64,000 nucleotides of DNA from Yuukianura sp. NJ FZ-2021 (taxonomy: Eukaryota): contig CM102285.1 of NCBI GenBank assembly GCA_046563655.1, positions 4,340,001 through 4,404,000 of the forward strand, written 5' to 3'. Made by a program: the position numbers and the translations under genes. Positions 53,947 to 64,000 of this stretch are shown piece after piece. The notes below the pieces were generated by a model. That model made no database searches. It had not been told where the DNA came from and saw only the letters and a list, made by a program, of their open reading frames with translations. Within the stretch, counting starts at the first letter, position 1. Each line of letters begins with the position of its first letter.

Positions 53947-53959
53947 GGGTCAATGCTCA
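53947..53959. promoter_or_regulatory. Candidate IR1 ecdysone response element upstream of the 54205 gene
   Basis: GGGTCA-A-TGCTCA, with AAGGTCA at ~53991 and TATA at ~54100. Confidence 0.3.
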
Positions 53960-54204
53960 CTTCAATTAGTCAGGCGGAGACGTGGCAGCAAAGGTCAACG
54001 GCAGACAAACTCCGGCACTTCATATACATCTTCAACAACTTCTTATTGTTTTCATTAAGAACAACTTGTTTTCACTTTTTGCACAAACTGGAAAAGGGAT
54101 ATAAAGCCAAAGATTCATCGCCAAAATCTATTCGTCCACTTTTGGAAGTCAGACGGAACAGGTTGAAAGAAACGCTCCAAACTTAGGCTGAGAGTCCTTC
54201 AAGC

Positions 54205-55196
54205 ATGAGGGCTCACGTGGTAATGCTTATTGCTTTAATAAAAATATTATATTTACTTATTTTATTTAAATTATTAGTTTAAATATATTTTTATTTTATT
54301 TTGAAGGTCGTACTCCTACTGGCAGTAGGATATGCAGTTGCTCAATACTACGAGCCTTATGGCTACGCAGATAGTTATTACGACGTAGATGAATACTCGG
54401 ACTACGTCAGTCCTTATCCCTTCTACGAACCAGAGCCCTACACAAGGCAAGGCCGTGGAGGGAAGAAGGGCGGTTATGGTGGCAAGGGCGGATTTTGGTA
54501 CTACTGGGTAAGAATTCAATAAAATCAATATTTTAAACCGGTATTTACTAAATTGAAATTTATGTCACTTAAATTAACGATTAATTAATTTACGATTCTT
54601 AATCCAGGGTCCAGGATACGGACATGGACATGGAGGTCATCACGGCGGAGGTCATGGTGGTCATGGTGGTGGTTACGGCGGCGGTCACGGTGGCGGTCAC
54701 GGTGGTGGATATGGAGGATTTGGCGGTGGCGGTTACGGAGGTAATTTTCGAAATTTTCAAATTTTCAAATTTTTTACTTAATTTCAAATCACGTTCATTG
54801 GCTAATGTGGAAATTTTCTTTGTTCTAACAGGAGGCGGTGGTGGCGGTGGATGGGGATGTAAGTGCCATAAAATTTTGAAATTTTCAAAAAATGTTAGTT
54901 TTTCAAAAACTTTGTTTTGTTAATGCAGGGCCCTATTATTAACTTTACAGGGGGATGGCCTAAGCCTAAGCCAACTCCAGTCAAACACGTATATCATAAG
55001 CCACCAAAATTCCCATACACGCCACCTCCAGTCATCCATGCTGCTGTAAGTGGCCCTTCACTTTTTAAAAATTTTGAAATTCAGTTTTTAAAATTCACTT
55101 GTTGACTTTTTATTTGATAAATATTTTTAGGGCCCTGTTATTAAGAGGCATCATCCTGTGTACGTTCATCAACAACAAGGATGGGGCTGGAAGTAA
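54205..55196 (+). CDS. Secreted Tyr/Gly/His/Pro-rich protein; 6 exons
   Basis: MRAHV|VVLLLAVGYAVAQYYEPYGY..YTRQGRGGKKGGYGG..(GGGH)n..WGWPKPKPTPVKHVYHKPP..HQQQGWGWK*. Confidence 0.82.
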
Positions 55197-56484
55197 TAGA
55201 TTACACTGAATCCTGAATCTTACGCTCAATCAATGCAATTCCACTTTCCATTTTTCTTCTACATCTTCTGCTCACGTTTAAATTGGAGACAAACCTGTTC
55301 AAATATTTGGGATCTCATACCACAAGCCCTATGAAACTTCAAATTTAAACAGGAAATTTTAAAATTAAGTCGAATGGAACTGAAAGGGGTGTGAAAAGAA
55401 AGTCAAAATAAACTCATGCAACGGAGACTAAAATGCTCCAAAAACAAAACTATTGTTGAAGTCAATACATTGATTCATTTTTTTAAATTACAGTTGATCA
55501 AAGCTCATAAATTTGAAATCGCGATAATCCACCGTTCCTTATTCCATAACCGTTTCGGTCGCTATAAAAGACAAAGTATATACTACGTAGTACAGTTTTC
55601 AGTTTCATTTTAGTACGGAATTACAAAACTTTTTTAACAAAAAATTAACTCAACCGTTAGCCTCATCTGTGGTAGTAATTCCGAGATAGAAATCATTTGG
55701 GAATTACAAGCAAATTAAAAATCATTTAATAAATCTAATATGTAAAACACGTAATTTAACAATTATGCGTTTTCACTTCATTTTTCCGTGAGTTTAACCC
55801 GACGGATGAATGAACTGTCTCATGGTCATTTAGTTTTTGAAAATCAACATCATGTTTGTAATCAAAATTTTTGAAACCGGTTGTTCCGGATTACGGGCAC
55901 TTAATTACAGATGTAACGTTTTGCACAAGAGAGTTCAACGAATTTTTCAATAAAAAAACATTTTTGATAAAAAATATTTTGCTGTGCAGAAATTGCCTCT
56001 TCCTTAAAAAAGTACAGTCTGGGTTACGCGCATAAGTATTTCTATCGCAACATGCTTTGCTTAGTAAATTAGGGGAAACCCATTGATGGCAGCCATGTTG
56101 CTGGTAAATATCACATTTTAAGGACGTTCGTTGTACTCAACGATGAAATTCCAATTTTAAATCTTCAGTTTGGAAAAACAGGAATTTAGCCACTGGTTCT
56201 GTGAACAGCAACAAAAAGATCATGACGACAATTTTTTTGACGTAGTTCTACAGAAAACAAAAAAGTTTCAAGAACGCATCATAGATTTTTCGTAGTATTT
56301 ACAATGAGGTTAAAGTTTCAATGTCACTTTATTGTCACTTCACATTTAATGGGGCTCGCGTGTTTTTGAAATAAATTGATGAATTTAAAATACTAAAATT
56401 ATTCAACTTGAAAACCGTAATTAACACCGTATTTAAACAGGACAAGAAAGATACAGAAAATCAGTTTCCAAAAAATCAAAAATC

Positions 56485-57015
56485 ATGGCAGCATCAATTC
56501 CAATTTTGTTTGTAAGTAATTTAAAGCGTAACTAGTCGAGTTTTTTTGTTTTTGTTGAATTAGATTTTTAACCATTTTGTACATAATATTTACGTGTAAT
56601 AAAAATACTTTATTAATTAAAAACAAAATAATTTTAGGTGATACTTTGTGCCATTTTGACTGATGGATTTCCAATGGACGGAAAAGAATTAGTACGAGTT
56701 GACAAAGCCGAAGTACCGGAAGGCATGATTGACAGAGACGCGGATCTGGAACCCGCTGCTCAGTACTTTGGTTACGGTTATAGACCGTTTGGCTACGGTG
56801 GGTATGGCGGTTATGGTGGCTATGGTGGCTACGGCGGATATGGTGGCTATGGAGGATACGGCGGTTACGGATACGGTGGCTATGGGGGATATGGTAATCT
56901 TTGACTTTCGTATCTCTCTTAACCTTAACCAACAGCGGAATTGAATTATTATTTGACAAAACTTTGTTCAGGTGGCTATGGAGGCTATGGTGGCTACGGT
57001 GGCTACTACGGTTGA
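56485..57015 (+). CDS. Secreted (GGY)n peptide precursor; 3 exons
   Basis: MAASIPILF|VILCAILTDG-FPMDG..DRDADLEPAAQYFGYGYRPFG(YGG)n..YYG*; AATAAA at ~57048. Confidence 0.85.
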
Positions 57016-57567
57016 ATGTTTTTTAACTTCGTCTTCATTTTTTTTTTAATAAAAAATCTGCTTGAAGATGAGTTTGTTTTCAGTTTTGACATAAAAATAA
57101 AATCCAGTTTTTAATTGAAAATCTTCAAGTTAATTTATTCAAATTCGTTTGAATTTGATTCATCGTCAAATTGTCGAGGCGGAGTTCGAACCTGTTTGAC
57201 AAGGGGTCAGGAGCCTCCAAATTACTTTGACATTAGCAGGCTCCAGGCAACGCAGAGTTCAACACGAGGGAGCAATGAAGCATCAAATTGGATATGGTGC
57301 TTGACCTCTACACAAGGTTGGGCAATTAAGGTTTTTGACTGAATTTTTTTTTTCAAAATTCTTCAAACTGGCTTTTGAAAATGTTTTAATATCACAGCCA
57401 CTGCGAAAAACTGGCTTCTGCTGTTGATTTATTGACCTGAGGGATTTGCAGATTCAAACCAGGAAAGAAAATTCCATGTTATTTTACACTGACTTCATAT
57501 TTACAATCTTCTTTGCAACAACTGCAACAACACAGACGCGAGGTGACACGTTCCAACAACATTCATC

Positions 57568-58569
57568 ATGAAATTGGCACTGGTAAAATTAAAAACTTAA
57601 TTTCATTTTTTCAAGAAAACTAATTTTAATTCTCATTTTTAAATTTTTTTTCCACAAAATTTTCAAATTCACATCCTGGTATGTAGTGGAAGATCAATGT
57701 CCTTCTACCTTTGCAAATTATTACTCGCACCCTTATACATCTTTAAATGAGTAAATTTGAGAGGAAATTCTGTAGGCTTAGAATTCACATTTGCACTGTA
57801 AAATACTGTTAGGTTACGTTGTTCCATTACATGAAAAAAGAGAACAAAATATATTTGCCTCCTATTTGTACATAATTGAAAGAATTAATTTAATTGAAAA
57901 ATTTCTTCATAGGTCTTGCTGACAACTTTATGCGGCGTTGGCTTTCTCCATGCGATTCCGGTTGGTCGTAATCCATTCCAGCACGAAGAAGTCGTCGTTC
58001 CGGTTCCAATTGTCTACAATGGAGAGGATTCTTTTGAAAACATTTTAAGCTCTAGCAACTACCGATTGATTTCACGTTCGGATGGCGATGAGGGAACAGT
58101 GTCTAAGAAGGCTACTGCTGTATCGACTTCAGGAGACGCAGACGACGATGATGACGACGACGCTGATGACGATGTAAGTGAAGACGAAGAAACGGCAAAT
58201 TTGAAAGAAGTACTTGCAGAAGCTGCGAAAGAGATGGAGAAAGACGTAACGGACGATGATGTCGACGTTCTAGTCGAAGGGAGTGGCAAGCACAAGCAAG
58301 TGGCGGAGGAGAAGGTGGATGACGATGATGACAACGACGAAGATGACGACGAACATGATGACGGTGATGATGATCATGAAGATGATGCAGATGAGGCAGT
58401 GAAAGGAGAACGCAAAGGACGCTACACGTTTCCGAATTCGGGAATAAACGAAAGTTATGGTTGGTATGGCTGGCCAAATCAATACAATCATGACCACCAC
58501 CACTCACATAACCATCATCATCACCATCAACCCACTTACCATCATGGGTTTTACACTTCTTACTTCTAA
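57568..58569 (+). CDS. Secreted Asp-rich protein with His-rich C-terminus; 2 exons
   Basis: MKLAL|VLLTTLCGVGFLHA, poly-Asp tracts, ERKGR, then YGWYGWPNQYNHDHHHSHNHHHHHQPTYHHGFYTSYF*; AATAAA just downstream. Confidence 0.82.
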
Positions 58570-59156
58570 ATGCATTCAAAACAAATAAAATTGTTGCTGA
58601 ACCGCTTCCAGAAAAGAATGAAACTAATTGTGAAGTACAGAAGCAATTCACCGAGTATCTTATTTGTCATACAAGCAATAAAAATCAAACCTGACTATAA
58701 TTTTGTAGAATCACAGCCTGAAAACATTCTGCATAAAAAACTATTCACATTTAATATAGTAATTTAAGCAGATAATTAAGCAGGGAAACTATCACAGCAT
58801 TGGCAAAATTTAACTTCGGCAATAATGCTAACGGTTTATGAAGCTCTATAAAATCAGTGCACGTTTAATGCAGGTAGGCCAGATACAGTCAACGTTACCA
58901 TGATCATTTCGTTATTTTGTAGTTTGTTAAAAATTTATTTTATTTTTTTAAATTTTGGCTTCAATTTTGTGTCTAACTATGTTTAATTTGTTTCTACATG
59001 TGGTATACACAAGTTATCGCATATACTACAATATTAAAGTAATTATAATCTCAAGTCTCTTGTGAAAAGTTCACATTTTTATCATCAGGAATGTACAACA
59101 TAGCGTAGTTCTTTAAAAACAAAACATATCCCACATTTGTTGTTAGCGTAGCGCGT

Positions 59157-62129
59157 TTATTCCCATATACGACGAAAACTCGGCTGTGTTTTTGGTTCAA
59201 CCGAATGCTTCATGCTTACGTACAAATTTTGATCTTTGGGAACCGTTCCATTTCTGAACACATAAACATATTTGTACTTCACATCCAACTTGCAAAATGA
59301 AGATTTCTTTGCATTTACATTATGTCCAGGACAAGGAAGTTTACGTCCTGTACGGGCGTAGTTTATTATACCTAAGTTAAAAAAAATAGTTTGAAAAAAG
59401 TTAATGCATAAGAACCTCATTGTAAAAGAGAAATAGAATTTACCACATTTAATTCCGATTAAACTGTCCATTGCATTTCGAGTTCCTCGAAATTGTCTTC
59501 CTAGAAAACCACTCGTAGGATATATTGTCTTCCATACCATGTACCCTGGTAGCATGATGTCCAATAACACTTCATCTTGTAAAACCGTTTTCACAAATGT
59601 CTCCATCACTTTGGCATTGTCATTACTTGCGGCCAAACATTTTGAACTTTTCGTTTTGCCTTGAGTAACATCCGAGGCAATAGCATTCACAAAAAGTTCC
59701 TTTAGCCTGTCAAATTGGTCATAGTATGGACCAACAGCATTTTGAAAAAGAAAATTTGGTAAAGCATTTGCTAGTTTAGCAATATGCCTTACGCCTACAG
59801 CTTGAGTAAAGTTCAGTGTCTTTTTCAAATTTAGCATCTGAGTGCCCCGGAAATCTTCTTTGAGCTTTTTACAAAAGGAATTCACTGCTTCTGCCAGTGT
59901 GTAGATGAGGCTGTTGTAGTTTGTCGATGCAAAACTAAGATTTTTCCTATCTTGATCAATTATTTTAGTTACGCAATCCAAAAAACACCAAACAAAGGAA
60001 TCAGGTTCCCTGCTACACAAGCTTCCAGTTTTGAAACAGCGTAGAAACCAATCACTTTCCAGGTTTTCATCGTTTTTAGTTGGATTTGTAACCACTGACG
60101 TCAGTTCCACTTGTTCCACCGAAGTCAACGTTTCTTGGCTATCCTTCTCTGTAGTGTAAACTGGCATCAACATTTTGTTTGCATTATCAGAATCAAGGGT
60201 TTGATCCAGTTCAGAATTCCTTGAGTTTCGCTTTTGGACGTGCATTGGGTCAATTGATGTCGTTTGTACAAGAATGGGGATGTCTGTTTCTAATGTTAAC
60301 TGAGTCGTAACGTTGAAATGACGAGCATTATTTTGAACTTTTGGAAAAGTTGAATTGTTAAGGTTAAAAATGTTACTTTGAAATTCTGTAAATGGTCCGT
60401 TGTCAGTTGTGTCGGCTGTGGCTGTTAAGGAATCTTCAGTAATGTGTTCAGTGGATGTTGATGAAATCACGACTCCGTGCGTTGAGCTACTAAGGTTGTA
60501 AGGAATTGTTGTTGGGGTTGCCAATATTGAAAGCAGCTTGAATTCTGTACCCGTCTTCAACAGTGTATCGACAATGGGGATCGTTAGCTGTGTTACGTTT
60601 TTGAAAATGAAGGGATCGTTTTCGTCTCTTACTTGACCTTCCACAATCATTTCTGTGGATGTTAATGTTTCAGATGTTGCCGAACTGTTCAGTGGTACTG
60701 TATTGATTTCATCTTCAAAAGGAATTTGTATTTGTGTAATGGGGTATGTTGATGTAGTCACGTCATTTGAAGCTGTTGTTGGTAAAGTGGCGTCAAGCCC
60801 TGTGTAATTTTGCGTTGAACTTTGTTGTTGTTGACTAACATTGTTGAATGGCATTGAATCGATTCCATCCTCATAAGGCATTTGCGTTTGTGGAATGTAG
60901 TCTGTTGACGCAGAGCTGTGATCTAAAGCTGTCTTTGATACAGTGACGTCAAGCTCTATGTAACTTTGAAAATTAACTTTGTTTAGTGGTAGTACTGAAT
61001 TGATACCATCTTCAGAAGCCATTTTTGTTTGTGGAATGTGGTCTGTTGACGCAGAGAAGTCATTTGAAGCTGTCGTTGATACAGTGGGGTCAAGCTCTCT
61101 GTAACTTTGCGAATTAATATGGTCGTTTTCAATAAATTTTGCTTCAGCTGCAACTTTTACAGTTACAGTTTCAAATGTATCCGTCTGTGCCAGTGTTACA
61201 TATTCCATGTCGTGGTAAATGTCTGTAGGGTTGACCGTAGTAGTATCTTCCACCATTTGAAGTACGTCATCCGTCGTTGTTGTTGCGGTACTGGTTGTTA
61301 GTATGTCATCAGTAGTTCCTAATTTAATGTTGTACAAATTCCGAAAATGGCGACGAATAGCTGTAATCAAGCTACCCCCGTTTGTGTCTACCACAAATGG
61401 TTGTTCAAGATTTGGGATTGACTTTACATTGATTTGCTTGTTCAAAAACAACGGAGCAGATTGTAGTAGTGGTCGCTTCGACGCAACCGCTCTTGGGATC
61501 TGACTATTCCTCCATGGCTCCGATTTTTGATTTTTTGCAAGAAAGGAAGATGATGCCGATTGTGATGAAAGTATTTCACGTTTGGAGACCATGGAATTCA
61601 CCGGTTTTGTGACGCCTGAGTATGTTTTTCCTGTGTAGTATTATATAATTTCTTTAATGAAAAGGATTTAGTGTGGTTTTTTTTTTTTTAGAATTTAATG
61701 ACACACTCTAACCTTGAACACGCTGAAACTGTACCCGTTTCGAATTTTCAAAAATTTTAGGATTTTTGGGATAAGTTGGAAAATTCGACCGTCTAAGGTT
61801 ATTTCGGAAAGCCTGGAATCCAGAACGTCCATTATCAGCTACCGACTCTGAACCAAGTAAAATTAGTTCACGCTTTTGGAGCATTTTGAAATAAATTTTT
61901 TCCAACCTTGCTTATGTTTGCGTCTTCCAACAGAAATCTGTGTATACGGCGTAGCAAAGCCTTGATCTTGTGGTATGAAGAACCCAAGTACATCTTTTTA
62001 CAGTACAAAAATTCAAAAATTATAAATAAATATTTCTATTTTCTGATTTTTAAAATTTTGACTTCTAAATATATTACCAGCGCTTTGTAAGCAACACCAG
62101 CATAATACGAACGTTACGGCTAAATACAT
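59157..62129 (-). CDS. Secreted mucin-like Ser/Thr-rich protein with an unrecognised Cys-containing C-terminal domain
   Basis: Signal exon MYLAVTFVLCWCCLQSA, two short exons, then a ~2.2-kb exon (part of the 814-aa ORF) with three ~47-aa repeats and a probable short intron at ~59372-59443. Confidence 0.65.
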
Positions 62130-62529
62130 TGGCAAATTCCACCTTTCCTAGAAATGACAAAAACAAGAGTAATGTAGTTACATATTGATATTAGTGTTAG
62201 TATTTGATTAAAATTAAGCTAATTTAATTTTTAGGTTGGATAATATGGGCTTGAAATTGTTTCTTCAATCGTTTTGAAATGTAGACTTTTGAAATGAAAC
62301 GTGAACTTTGACGTTCGTGCTCGAAGAAGAAGTATTTGTACGGCAATTACAATGTAAAGCGCTAATCGTAAAACTCTTTCCTTATTCGTGTTCCTAAGAA
62401 TCACACACATATTAAATTGCGGCGGCTTGATGCAATTGTCAACATTGAACAGCTCGGGACCCTAACTTTATATTTCTAAAAAACTATATCAACTATGAAT
62501 TGCTGCAAGTGAAGTGTGTTTTAGAGATT

Positions 62530-63514
62530 ATGAATATCTATCACTTCAGTACAACGGTTCTGATTGGTGTACTGACGCTGCAGGCCAAAGGTTTGAAATA
62601 CATATTTTGTTTTGCATAAGAAATTATTTTTGTTTGTAGTTTTATTAGCAAAGTTCAATATTACAGTGTTTAGTTGGCAGTACGACACACGCCAACAAGC
62701 AAGTATTGACTACGAATTCGAGCTTGAGAGGGAGCACACGAACGATCCCGTAGATAGTAATTTCTTGAAATATCAACTTGAACTTATCATATTTTATCAT
62801 TCACTTTTTATTCTTATTTTATTAGCAAAGGAACTTGCAAAAGAAACACTTTATAATGTATATGCAAAAGCTGTGGCTTCAACTGGAAGACGAAATACAT
62901 TGAAAATAGAAGACGCACTTGAACGTTTACAGAATTTAGGAAGAAGCGAAATTGATCAATTTTCCATGTTTCAATTGATTCGAACTTACGAACTGATGGA
63001 TGTAGACAAAGATGGAGAAATTACAAGTGAAGGTGCGCGAAGTTATGATAATCTTAAATTTGATAAACGTAAACATGATAAATATGATTATTAATATTGA
63101 TTTTATAGAAATGAATCAAAAAATCTATTTTTATTTGCAGAATACGTTCAATTTTATTTGGATTCTGTAACGTCTCCATCAAAAAGTTTGGAAATGATGC
63201 ATACGCTTTTAGATTTGGACGGAGATGGATTCATTACAATTTGGGAGCAGTTTATGGTTACAAAATTTCAAATTATAAAAGAGAAACAAACAAAAATTTT
63301 TGAAAATATTTTTTGAACCTCCGAGAAAAAAAATTGTTTTTAGTGCCACATTATGGACAATGGCGAAGCGAGAACACCGTTGGAAGTGTACAAAGCAGCT
63401 TCACATGACCTTCGGCAGATGGACGTGGATGGGGATGACATGGTAAACAAGGATGAATTTTTAGGTTATATAATTTACAACGTTCAGCAAAGTGTATTTG
63501 AACAAACTCTTTAA
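62530..63514 (+). CDS. Putative secreted EF-hand calcium-binding protein; 5 exons
   Basis: Hydrophobic N-terminus MNIYHFSTTVLIGVLTLQAKVFS; EF loops DVDKDGEITSEE, DLDGDGFITIWE, DVDGDDMVNKDE. Confidence 0.78.
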
Positions 63515-63687
63515 CCGCGCAATAGAGACGGTGAGTGAAACGTACTCTGATTCTAGAAAATGATTCTAGCTACAATACTGGTACTGTAGGTTCATGAGGG
63601 TGCGTTTTGTATTCTGGGCTAACGTATTGTGCAGTTTTTAAACAAACTGAAACAATTCGAAACGAAGCAAAAATCGGACTTGTCAAT

Positions 63688-63825
63688 GTGTTCTAGACAT
63701 TTTTAAACATTGTTTTGGCTGTTCTGAACATGTTCTAGACATTGCTAGTTTGTTCTGAACATGTTCTAAACATCGCTAGCTTTGTTTTGAACATGTTTTA
63801 AACACCGCTAGCTTTGTTCTGAAAA
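63688..63825. repeat. ~31-bp tandem repeat
   Basis: About 4 imperfect copies of TGTTCTGAACATGTTCTARACATYGCTAGYT. Confidence 0.75.
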
Positions 63826-64000
63826 TGGCCTGAGTCTGAATATAAGGTTGCGGTGATCAAAATTTGTTCTGAAAGAATTAGCGAATTTGAATTGCTACTT
63901 TTGTTGTTTGTCACCAGCCCCACAGTCAGAATACGTTCCTGAGACATGTTTTGCGGAATTGCAAAAAATACTGTAGAATGGATTCTAGAGGTTCCGCTAC

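Noticed and set aside
58059..58651. Antisense ORFs over the Asp/His-rich gene and over RecQ4 and lectin exons
   Set aside because: Shadow ORFs of codon-biased sense genes.

Overview
AT-rich, intron-rich eukaryotic DNA, most likely from an arthropod; a bacterial-type cytosolic UGT points to an acariform mite (inference). 1-18.5 kb is transposon-rich (Tc1/mariner remnants, Kolobok-like TTAA elements, Helentron/HINE-like repeats, MITEs). It holds an intron-containing bacterial-type UDP-glycosyltransferase and two tandemly duplicated atypical C-type lectin genes with Cys-rich tails. 18.7-43.2 kb holds conserved housekeeping genes (RecQ4, slowmo/PRELID3, PP1 inhibitor-2, RNMT, JTB). From 32 to 58.6 kb lies a cluster of eight secreted low-complexity (Gly/Tyr/His/Trp-rich) precursor genes. 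They have very short first exons; most have acidic pro-segments or R-x-x-R/K sites, several use symmetric micro-exons, and candidate EcRE/FTZ-F1 sites lie upstream. The window ends with a mucin-like gene and a secreted EF-hand gene. All gene models were spliced by eye, with no database searches, so exon boundaries need RNA-seq confirmation.
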